Shown here: piece after piece, positions 49,895-60,769 of the stretch | Numbering within the stretch: the first letter of the stretch is position 1 | Layout of the letters: each line of letters starts with the position of its first letter | DNA from: Paraspadella gotoi | Taxonomy: Eukaryota > Animalia > Chaetognatha | Direction of reading: 5' to 3' | Length of the DNA stretch: 64,000 bases | Assembly: GCA_051294375.1 (NCBI GenBank) | Contig: CM119268.1 | Location: forward strand, 23,327,502 to 23,391,501 | Made by a program: the position numbers and the translations under genes | The notes under the pieces: model-generated | Databases searched by the model: none | Told to the model about the DNA's origin: nothing | What the model saw: only the letters and a program-made list of their open reading frames with translations

Positions 49895-51671
49895 CGTTGA
49901 CGGTTTAGTCCAAAACGAGGGTAATAATAAGTGGCAAAGTATTTGGTTGAGAATAGTTATTAAATGACGCGACAATGATTAGGGTGATGACACAGATAAC
50001 GATTGACACGATGACAAAGGTTAAGAACAAAGGTGATGAACATATTAACCGATTCAATAATTATTTGAGAAGTTTTCTTTCTGAGTTTAGGTGTGAGGTG
50101 AATGCCTAGAGTTTTCGCTAGCCATTTTGACCACAATCCCTCCGTCGGTTTCTTCTGTCGTCATTGGTCATTCTAAAAGGTTTGAAGTAAGGTCTGTGAT
50201 TGTCGGCCTTTTGATGATTCGTGAAGGAGACCGAGCATCACAATCACTAGGCAACCAAGGTCCGTTTATAGGTCATTACCGTTGATGATATTGTTAGGCT
50301 TCATTAAAAAAAAAAGCATACCGGTCATAGACTTTAAATCAAACTTAGACATACTTTCGTTTGTTTAAAAAAAAAAATTGAATATATTTTGCCAAATTAT
50401 TTCCTTACAATGTGACAGTATAAGCTTCGATCTCACAGAGGTTCAATATTCTTTGTCAAGTTTTGCAATTCGAACGCGGTCTTCTGTATTCCATTGGTTA
50501 CGCAATTCACTTCTATTTTCACGCGTCAATCCTGGACATCGGACGTTTTTGGCGAATTTGCAATTGGAAATGCGGACGCCTCCGGAAAATGTCAGGGTAA
50601 CGAAATCAAGTTCATTATAAGATTGAAGCTAAAACTCCAGCTTTCAAATTTAGGCCGAAAAATGTTAAAGAGATATCAAATGTAAAAAAAAAAAATATTC
50701 TCGTCTTTTATCTCTTTCACTGTTAAATGTTCTAAAGTGTTTATTTTTATGTTTTACTATATTTTATATAATACAACGTTCTGAGATGATGTAAGTGATT
50801 TACCGACACGACGGACCGACAAAAATGAATTTTAAAGCCAGAATCTGAAATAAAAAAAAAATTTAAAAACAATATGCAAAGTAAACATTTGTTACGTTTT
50901 GTGTTATTTCTTCTCAATTTTTTTCTCTCTCCCCACCCTCCTTTTCTGTCAAGTAGGGGAAACCAAAGAAGTTCAAGAGTTCTTTTCTTCTTCCTTCTTC
51001 TTCTCTCTCTCTCCCTGTCTTCCTCCTTCTTTCCCTCCCTCTCTTCCTCCCAATCTCTCTTTCTTCCCCCTCTCTCTCTCTTCCTCCCTCTATCCCTCCC
51101 TCTCTTCTCTCTTCTTCTCTCTTCTCCCTCCCTCCTCTCTTCCTCCTATCTCTCTCTCTTCCTCCCTCTCTCTCTTTTCCTCCCTCTCTTCTCCTCTTCT
51201 TCCTTTCTCCCTCCCTCCCTCTCTCCTCCTCTTTCTCTCTCCTCCCTCTCTCCTCCTATTCTCTCTCTCCCCCTCCATCTTCCCAGTTAATGTCTGTTAA
51301 GTCAGCAGAGATCAAAAGCTCAAAAGTTCTTCTCCCTCCTTCTCTCCCTCTCTCCCTCCCTCCCACTCTCCCTCTCTCTCTCTTCCTCTCTTCTTTTCCT
51401 CTCTTCCTCCCTCCATCTTCCCAGTTAATGTCTGTAAGTCAGCAGAGACCAAAAAGCTCAAAAGTTCTTCTCCCTCCGTCTCTCCCTCTCTCCCTCCCTC
51501 TCTCCCTCCCTCTCTTCCTCTCTCCGTCTTCCAGTTAATGTCTGTTAAGTCAGCAGAGACCAAAGAAGCTCAAAAGTTCTTCGAACTCGTGAAAGGATTT
51601 TTTTTTTCTTAGCGAAGAAAAAACATTTGGAAAACGTGACCTCATGAAAGACAGGAGACAAAGAGCGGAGC

Positions 51672-51711
<40 letters not shown>

Positions 51712-51914
51712 GAGAGAGAGAGAGAGAGACTGAAAACGGGGTTTAGGGAAATAAAGAAAAAGAAAGAAAGTAGAGCGAACTCGGCGTTGGTAATGGGACC
51801 CATTATCGCCAAGAGCGTAAAAAAGGTGAGGAGTAAGTTAAGGTAAGTTTAGAAAAGGGTAATAGGAAAAGAGGGTGGAGGAAATGAATACTAGTAGGAA
51901 AAGAACAAGAACTG

Positions 51915-51967
<53 letters not shown>

Positions 51968-53673
51968 AGAGAGAGAGAGAGAGAGAGAGAGAGTATAGAT
52001 ACTAAGGCGGTGAGAATTTAACATTTTTTTACAATAAAACGATCGGCAGTAAATTTATTTCGTCCATTCACAATAAAATTGGTTTCATAATATTACATTT
52101 TAAATCAAATTCATTATATTCACGCATGGAAGCTTGGAAATTTTTTTTTACTTGTATTTTTAAATAGATTCTGATGAAGGATAAAAAAGTTAGATAAAGA
52201 TTACAATTGATTATAGATGGGTCAAATTTAAAAAAAAATCATCATTTAATAAATTTGACAGTTTTTGCTAATTATTACCAAAAAAATAGTAAAACCAATA
52301 ATAACCTTTATCTAATTTTTAAAGCTCTATCAGAATCCAATTTAAAAATTGTAAATTAAAAAAAAATTTGAATTTGAAAAGTTTTTCCAACAAAGTGGGT
52401 GAGACAGAATAGTGGTCAGATGTGAGGACAGGTTGAAGGTAAGGCCAGATTGAGTGAGTTTGTGAAAAGAAGTGAAACTTGTTAAGAGAGAGAGAGAGTG
52501 AGAGAGAAACAAAACAACAAGGATAAATAAATATAAAGATACATTTTTGCAATGTATAACAAAGATAAAGGAGTTTAATTAATTAAATAATTAATGATGG
52601 CAACCACGACAATGATAATACCAACAATGACAAATTGATTGATTGCTTAATTTTTTGATTGATTGATTGAATATTTGATTAATTGATTGAATAATTAATT
52701 AACTGATCAGTTCTGGCATTGTTAGCTCAAACTTGTTTTTTTATCTTTTCATTATGACAAAGAAATGACGACCCTGATGATGATTATGATGAACGAGGAT
52801 AATTGATCATGATTAATTGAATGATTGATTGATCAAATAAAATAAATTCATATCAGGCCTGTTAATTTTAGGTTCTTTTTGTCAGGTCACTGACCAGGAC
52901 AAAAGCAACAACGACGTTGGAGATGACAATGATACACTGACATTGTTTAATTGATTGATTAATTAATTGATTAATTAATTATAATTAGTTTTTTTATAAT
53001 TTAATAATAATAAATTAAATTAATTAGTTGATTGATAAATTAATTGATTATTTAATTTATGATTGATAAAAAAATTGGATTCATTAATTTTTAAGTGATT
53101 TTGATTGTTAGTTGTTTAGTTAATTGATTGATTGATTGATTAATTAATTGAATAATTAATGCAGCTTGTATTTATATTTAATAAAAAGAAAAAGAGCAAA
53201 TAGGGAAAAAAAAACTCATTTCCACTCGAACGATTCTTACAATCTTACAAATCTTACAATTTTTCATAAAGTAAAAATTTTCACTTGTTATTTGTTAACA
53301 AAAAAGATTGTTCTAAACAATGAAATTACATGTCTAAAGAGAGTATTTTTTATAAATAATAACAAATGGAAATTTCTAAAAGAAGGAAGCGATGTGCACT
53401 CGAAACGAAAGCGATCCGGGCTAAAAAAAGTAAGGATTGCACCCGAAAACGGGAGCGGCAGGGGTCTTGGAAGCGCCGGATTGGCACGGGCCGAAAAATC
53501 GATCGCTTCCACATCTCTGATCGATACATTGGTGTATCCAAAATGAAACTTAATCAAGAATCAACAAAAATTTTCTCAGAACCAAACTAAAAAAACGTGA
53601 CACGAGGAAGAACTCGACTTGTCGAATGAAATATGACCTAAAGAGGGTGAGGTAACAAAGAGAGGAGAGAGTC

Positions 53674-53711
<38 letters not shown>

Positions 53712-53777
53712 GCCCACCATTCTCTCTCTCTCCAACATGCAGTGTAGCCCGAAATTCCTCTATATTCTCTTTAAAAT

Positions 53778-53989
53778 ATGCTTTTCTCTTTATTCTCAGT
53801 GCAACGACGATGGTTGCCTCCGCTTTGCCATTTTATTTTTCAGCAATTGCATCCAGCAGTTGGAGTAGGGACGAAAGCTGCGGCATTGGCCCTTGCCAGG
53901 GCAACAGCGGCGAGAGAGAAGACGGAGAGAAGGGCTGCAACATACTTGGCAAAATCTTTAAATCTAACCCATTATTAACATCAAACCAG
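53778..53989 (+). CDS. C-type lectin gene 1, exon 1 (copy B; homopolymer frameshifts)
   Basis: Homologous to 42845-43072; T-run indels break the frame; same CAG|GTTTAG donor. Confidence 0.68.
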
Positions 53990-54068
53990 GTTTAGTTGAC
54001 TAAGACGCGAGGCAACTTTGACATGCACCGCCTTTGTTTAAGTGCAAAAAATTAATTTAATAACTTAG

Positions 54069-54146
54069 GTGTCCTGTACATCTACAACAGCAGGTAACTC
54101 AAAAAAAAACACCATCCACGAGCGTCATTTGGGTACAAGATTTCAG
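54069..54146 (+). CDS. C-type lectin gene 1, exon 2 (copy B)
   Basis: TAG|GTG TCC TGT ACA...AAG ATT TCA G|GTGAGT; splices to give ...YKIS-DYKRNW. Confidence 0.7.
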
Positions 54147-54815
54147 GTGAGTTCGTGAAAGATTTACATTCAGAAATGATTGTCACTCATTCATTCTGCT
54201 CTCGGTTGTGCGAGACAGCAATCGTACATCTCCAGAACTGGTTTGCGTAATTACTGTTGCCACAAGATGGCACTACAATTTGAGCTGAAAAGAGTAGCAT
54301 TGTAATTTTACAATCTTATTAAATTATGCCTTTTATCTCTCATACATTTTCTTCCATTTAAATTTTTAATTATATTTAATTAAATTAAATTAATTGAATT
54401 CGTTCAATTTATTTAATTCATTTTATTCTTTTAAATTTATTTATTCAATGAAATTTATTGATCTCAATTCTTTAAATAAATTTAAATTTAATTTATTCCA
54501 TTCATTTAATTCATTTCTTTTCATTTCATTCATTCATTTCATTTTTTTGATATATTAAGCCTGTTTGTTATGTATAAAACTAAGTTTTCCTGTATAAATT
54601 TTTTTTGAGTATCAAAGTTAATAAGGGTCTAGATTTTTTTTTAAGCGATTGCGACAATCCTTATGCTTTTAAGATTTTCTTATTCAGTTTTATGCAGTTT
54701 TCAGTTATAAAACAGTATAAAACTTTGCATAGAGCCAGGGTATACTTCAAAACTACAATTTTCTTAAGTTCATTGTAATCTATGTAATCAAATTATTATA
54801 ATTTTTTGATGACAG

Positions 54816-55141
54816 ATTATAAACGAAATTGGGACAAGGCATTGGATCAATGTGTGACAAACAATGGGACTTTGGCGAATCCACACATGGCCCAATTCCC
54901 TTTTGATCGACTCTCTCACGACGTTTACTATTGGATCGGGGGAAAAAAACGTGGAATGGTATGGCAGTGGGTCAGCCCAGGGCTCAACGGGGAAATACTG
55001 TATCTAAATATCACACAAATGAATTGGTCTTCCGGTGAACCAAATGAAGGAGAAGAAAAATGTATTGTGTTATGTAATAGGCAATGGTGTGATGATTCTT
55101 GCCATAAAGATCATGAGTTTATTTGCCGAGTTCCCAATTAA
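54816..55141 (+). CDS. C-type lectin domain exon (terminal), EPN motif
   Basis: Acceptor TTTTTTGATGACAG|; WDKALDQC...GTLA, YWIGG, WQW, NWSSGEPN, C..WCDDSC....FIC, then stop TAA; AATAAA at ~55384. Confidence 0.93.
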
Positions 55142-55650
55142 ATGTTTGGTTTTACTGCAATGAGGTACCAATCAAGATTTTTTTCTATCGAAAAAGCCAA
55201 TGAAATAAGTTTTCGTAAAATATAAAAAAAAAACTTTACTGATAATTTCATTGGACAGAAAATTAATTTTTAAATCAATTGATACCTTTATATTCGCACC
55301 CTCATGTATAAATTGTATATACATTGGTTTTTAAGTTATTTCTTTGAATATTCCAGAACTTAAAACTTATTAGTATCATTTTTAATAAAAATGCTCATTT
55401 TTTATTTGGATAAACAATAGACATTAAAAGACAGTTAAAGAAAAAAATTATAAAGATATGAATGATGTTAAAATAATAAAAGTTTAATTGTTCAATGACC
55501 CTAATTTTTTGTTGTCATTCTTAGTAGAAATTGCAAAAACTAATTTATGCAAATATTGTTGATTCCAATGATTTCCTTTTTGGCATTTTTCAATGCGATG
55601 ATGTCGCGCTTCTTCAAACCATCAGTTGATGTCGCCAAATTGTTGTCAGA

Positions 55651-56404
55651 TTTTTAGTCGGATCTGCTTTCAGCAGATCCCGACTCTGTAATTCACTTTT
55701 TACTTATTTTAACCTATAATTACTGGAATTAATCATAATAGTATTAATAGATTGAGATGAAATTCTGTATGCGGGTAGGAAAGTGTGTGAAGAAGCTAGA
55801 TATAAAGTTTTGACGGAATTGTGCCACTGGAAATGAGTTTAAAAGGTAAAAACATAAGTCACATTTACTTGAATCTTTATTATTTATGATTACTAATAAA
55901 TGTTTTAATTAATTGATTAATTAATGTGAAAAAATTATGCAATTTAAAAAAATGATGCAAGTTGAAAAAATGATGCAAGTTGAAAAAATGATGCAAGTTA
56001 AAAAAAAGATGCAAGTTAAAAAAATGATGCAAGTTGAAAAAATGATGCGAATTATAAAACTGATGCAAATTGAAAAAAAATGATGTGAGTTGAAAAAAAA
56101 TGCGAGTTAAAAAAATTAAGCAAGTGAAAAAAATGATGCGAGTTGAAAAAATGATGCGAGTTGAAAAAATGATGTGAGTAGAAAAAATGATGCTAGTTGA
56201 AAAAATGATGCAATTTGAAAAAATGACGCGAGTTGAAAAAATGATGCGAGTTGAAAAAATGATGCAAGTCAAAAAAATGATGCGATGAAAAAATGATGTG
56301 AGTTAAAAATTTTTTTAAAAATATTGTGATTTATCATCTGATTAGCTGATTACTGCTTAATTATTGTAAGCAAATCCGACATGGTTTGCTCAAACTTGTT
56401 TTTT
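55651..56404 (+). mobile_element. Compact, structurally complete HINE/DINE-1-like non-autonomous Helentron
   Basis: TTTTTA-GTCGGATCTGC-TTTCA-GCAGATCCCGAC 5' subTIR plus IR; core shared with 6056-9386; central 18-bp array; 3' subTIR GCAAATCCGAC (56370-56380), hairpin GTTTG-CT-CAAAC, then T-run. Confidence 0.8.
55927..56305 (+). repeat. 18-bp satellite (GAAAAAATGATGC(A/G)AGTT), about 20 copies
   Basis: Read directly; the 6-aa IIFSTR periodicity in the ORF track confirms the 18-bp unit. Confidence 0.93.
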
Positions 56405-58169
56405 GATGGATTTCCCCGATCGAGTTTGCTTGTGAGAGATAATATTACCACTAAATGAAGGATTTATTTTCACCCACATTTTAACAAAGTAAACAAAGAG
56501 ATGCGATTTTCTTTTTTTTTCCCAAAGGTAGGGTATTGCACAAAAATTTTAAAAATACTGATTTTCTTCATTCAATGGTTTTAAGCCTTATATTAAGCCT
56601 AACGAAGTGTACTTTAATAGTTAATTCCAAGTTTGACTTTTAAATATTTGATTTACGCCAACTGATTTACGTCAATTTGGAGTAACGTTTCTGCCTCCTT
56701 TCTGCTGTCAAGAATATTCAACAAAAAATTTTGAAAACGCTTTTTTTTAATTAAAAATACATCGTAGTATTGGATTCAGATTTGATTTCTTTTTTTTTAC
56801 GTGTTTGTTGGCGCTGGTGGCGTAAAAACTACGCCAAAACGTATTATTTTTTAGTTACATATGTGGCGTTAATGATTTTTCCCAAAAAATTTTTTAAATA
56901 TATCATGTTAAATAAGTGTAAATGTTTATNNNNNNNNNNNNNNNNNNNNNNNNNATTTAAATTTGGAAAAGAATTGCTGGCGTAAATTGCTGCGTGGAAA
57001 TGAAGGCAAAACCCGTTTAATATGATGATCATGATGTGGCATATAAGACTTTCTTTATTTTCTAGCTAAAAATCTACTCCGGGTTAAGTTGATTTAAATT
57101 TTTTACCGGCCTTTTTTATACGGTTTGGCGGTAGAATGGCGTCTCGTAAAACATGAACATAAGAACTTATTATTAATATCATTTAATTTTGCTTGTCGTA
57201 AAAACTTTTTTCATTTCAAATAAGCCTATTAGGTTAGATGCCTTTTTGCAATAAATGGCGTAAATTGACGTAAAACTGCGTCATTTTATCCCTCCATCTT
57301 TTCCCTTTCCCCCTTATTCTTTTCTCTTTTTTTCATACAATCTCCGGATACCTAGATCGATTATTTTTTGAGTTTTAGAATTCCTTTAAAATACAAAGAA
57401 AAAAACGTAATACCGAAAGAGTGAAAACTCTAAATCATAGATAAAAATAAACAAAGATACACCACGTAAAAGGTCAGTGGACCAATTTTATAAAAAGTTA
57501 TCAGTAAATTGTGATCAACAAATGTTCGTTACGGTGTTTATTTTGACGTTGGTCTAAAAAAGATATAAATAAAGAATTACCCTTATTAATATTTATAGGT
57601 ATTTCATTTGCTATATTTAGCAAGGAGGATATTGTTGTAGGCAGAAAAAAGGCCATGATAATCTTAAGACCATAACAAATATATTATATCAGTTTCATAC
57701 GATGGTTGATGATTCATAGGCCCGTTATATTACAATACGAGAACGATGATATAATTAATGGACTTATCGCCAGCAACTGCTGCTGGCCGGCGCATTTTTG
57801 CGCCATCATTTTTTGGGAGATTCCAGAATGCAGTCAATTTGTTGAGGAGAAAATCTCAGTTTCATCTTCCTGTAACCGACGGTTTTGCGTACGGAAAGCC
57901 TAGTTTTGCGCAACAATAAAAAATAATATGCTTCTCTGTACTATTACAATATTATTTTCTTATTTGAGATTCTTTTTTTGGTTTAGTTAGACTTACCTTA
58001 CAGTACCGCAATTTAAAAAATAAATTTTTTCTTTTTAGTATGTTCAGATAACAATAAATATTTCAAACTAAGCCGTTTTTTTTTGGAATCAAAATTCCCT
58101 ATACTTTTTCGGCGCGATTTAGAAAAATTAATAAAATTCGTCGAATACGCTGTTAATCCCTACCACAAG

Positions 58170-60145
58170 GGTTTCATTGCCATTACTCTATGCGATTAAG
58201 CTTCACTTCTTTACTAACAATATTACATTGTTTGTTAAAAACTGTACTAGCCAAATAGATCTTTTTATTAAAAAAGGTTTTTTTTCCAAACTCACTCCAC
58301 AGCAATAAACTCCTCATGCGAAATAGAAGTGGCTGTCATTACCCGATCCAACAATGAAAGTGGCTGCGTTACCATCAACAATTCAAAGTGGCTGAACTTA
58401 CCCATTTAACAATTGAACGTAGTTAGCTGGTCTACCCATCAACAATTGAAGATGGCGCTGGTTAGTCCATCAACCAAATGAAGCTGTGCCTTCTGTACCC
58501 TTCAACAATTGAATGGGTGGCTGGTTACCCAACAACAATTGAAACAGAGATTGGATCTTAAAGTCTAACCTTTTCTACGTCACGCCCAAACTATTTATTA
58601 TCGAGTTCTGATGTCCACACATTCGACTCATTCAAATGACGTCGCCCACACACAGGTATCCACAGACACAAATCAAGTGCTTCCATGCCCTCACATACCG
58701 AGCGTCATAGACCGACCAATTCAAGTGGTCACACTCACACGCCAAAAGTTTCAAAAACCACACCATCGAGAATACACATCGACTGATTCCCACATCCAGT
58801 TCAGCAGTTAAAGGTGTTATTCAATCACTTTCCTTGATCTTTCGTAAAAACATTTGGACCCACTTTCTATTTTGATATACACAACCTTACAAAGTCGACC
58901 CCTTCTTTCCTACAAAGCTGGACGCCCACTAACACTAATTCACTTAACCCAACAGTTTTATTGATGTGGCGTCAAAAGGCGTTATTAATCGACTGACAAC
59001 TTTCTTGGAACTGTTCGTGTAATTAGATCAATCTTGACTCTAAATCCCAAGTATTCTCACCCCATCATTTGAGGATTCAGCCACTCAATGACACCAATTT
59101 CACCATGAGACCTCTTCTTGATCCCGTAGGGTAACAACATTCTTGATATACTTACCAACGATCTCATTTTGAATCACAATTTAAATCTTTCTAATCTTGG
59201 AATCTATTTCCCCTAAATTGACACACCGACATCAATTGAATCAATCACTCTTTTTGGATCCTACTGTCCACTTCCTGGCGGCGTTCCCAATGAGCAAACT
59301 GCCTTCAAAATAAAAAGTATGGGAATCTGAGGTAATGATAATCTGTGAAAGAAATTATCACATATTCATGAAGCCCAACTACTATCAAACAATGCAAATG
59401 AACAACTTCTATTGATTAAATCCAATGTTCAATTGATAGATGTATTATTACAAGAAGATATTATTAACCCCTCTTGTAGAACAGCCTTCCTTCTAATGGA
59501 AACAAGTTAACATATGCTTTAAATCCATTTTACCCAATTTTCAGCTAAATTAAAACACAACGCTTCTCTGTTCTATAACCAAAATAATGTAGTTTTAATT
59601 TCTAATGCTCACATCTGTTAAATTTGTTCATCTGTTTTTTTCCCCCACCGAACACCTATTTCATCCCTGCCGGACAGCTCTTCGACTGTCGAATTTTCAT
59701 CCAACTTTATTTGATTTATTTACTGAATTTCGTTAATTCTGCAGATCAACTGCATCATGTAGATGTATACTTATGGGAATCTCTTTATATCACGCTCTTC
59801 TCTGTAAATCATTCACCCGCTGAATTGAGCTACAGGACCAACCCTTCTTTTTGCACAACTTCGCACATTCCCTAAGTAATTTTACTACTTCCTCTTCAAC
59901 CAAAAGACTACCAATTTGAACAGTTTAGTACTTCATTCCATTTGGCTTCCTGAATTCCGAGATCAATTAAAAGTAACTGCCTCGTTTCATATTTCTTCTC
60001 CAGCATCGTCAACTGGATGTAAATCCCGCCCTACAATCACAACCTCCTATGTTGAACTGATGGGAATATTAAGATTACCAGACAAACACTAAATTTTGTG
60101 AAAACCACTCCACGGGAATATAATTACCAGACGACACATTCCTAT
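58170..60145 (+). other. Indel-rich partial copy of lectin gene 2 (intron 1 end and exon 2, ~60660-62630)
   Basis: Collinear with 60660-62630 including the 27-bp repeats, with many single-base insertions; lacks exon 1 and the CTLD. Confidence 0.8.
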
Positions 60146-60149
60146 CTCT

Positions 60150-60353
60150 CTCTTTATCATCTGATTAGCTGATTACCGCTTAATTATCGTAAGCAAATCC
60201 GACATTGTTTGCTCAAACTTGTTTTTTGATGGATTTCCCCGATCGAGTTTGCTTGTGAAGAATAATATTACCACTAAATGAAGGATTTATTTTCACCCAC
60301 ATTTTAACAAAGTAAACAAAGAGATGCGATTTTCTTTTTTTTTTCCCAAAGGT
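60150..60353 (+). other. Near-identical copy of 56330-56530 (HINE 3' end plus flank)
   Basis: TTTATCATCTGATTAGCTGATTAC...GCAAATCCGACA..GTTTGCTCAAACTTG...TTCCCAAAGGT in both places. Confidence 0.85.
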
Positions 60354-60523
60354 TTCATTGCCATTTTCGAATGATATTTCAAATTTTTATGTTCATCACA
60401 TGGTAATATCGCAAATATCGCAAAATTGATAAATTTTGTACGTGTGTAACTAATAACATCATTTAAGGAATTGCTCGTGAATATTTAAAAAAAAAAAGGA
60501 TTGGCATAAAAATTATTATCAAG

Positions 60524-60649
60524 ATGCAATATTTACTTTTCTCTATCCACTGCCTATTAATAGGGATTGTTTCTGCTCAGCCTTTTTACTTCCAACAATT
60601 GCACATCAACACAGATACTGCTATTGACAAATGGCTCACGAGACAGAAG
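60524..60649 (+). CDS. Secreted C-type lectin gene 2, exon 1 (signal peptide)
   Basis: MQYLLFSIHCLLIGIVSA-QPFYFQQLHINTDTAIDKWLTRQK; donor AAG|GTGATT (phase 0); PFYFQQLH is shared with gene 1. Confidence 0.78.
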
Positions 60650-60769
60650 GTGATTATTAAACATTATCATGCGATTAAGTTCATTTTTACTAACAAGTAT
60701 ACATTGTTTTAAAACTGTACTAGCCAAATAGATTTTTTATTAAAAAGGTTTTTTCAAACTCACCCACAG

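Larger units (their letters stand above)
46980..50287 (-). mobile_element. Non-autonomous LTR retrotransposon (~3.3 kb; probably Gypsy-dependent)
   Basis: Direct repeats 46980-47376 and 49895-50287 (~395 bp); TSD ATAT (46976-46979 and 50288-50291); empty site GGTATATACATATTGTTGGCTTC at ~40443-40465; tRNA-Leu PBS and PPT in the correct minus-strand positions. Confidence 0.9.
43351..54262 (+). other. Second representation (allele or tandem duplicate) of ~31935-43325
   Basis: Collinear homology throughout; both blocks end at ...ACTGTTGCCAC (43325 and ~54263); the blocks are joined by a 25-N gap. Confidence 0.88.
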
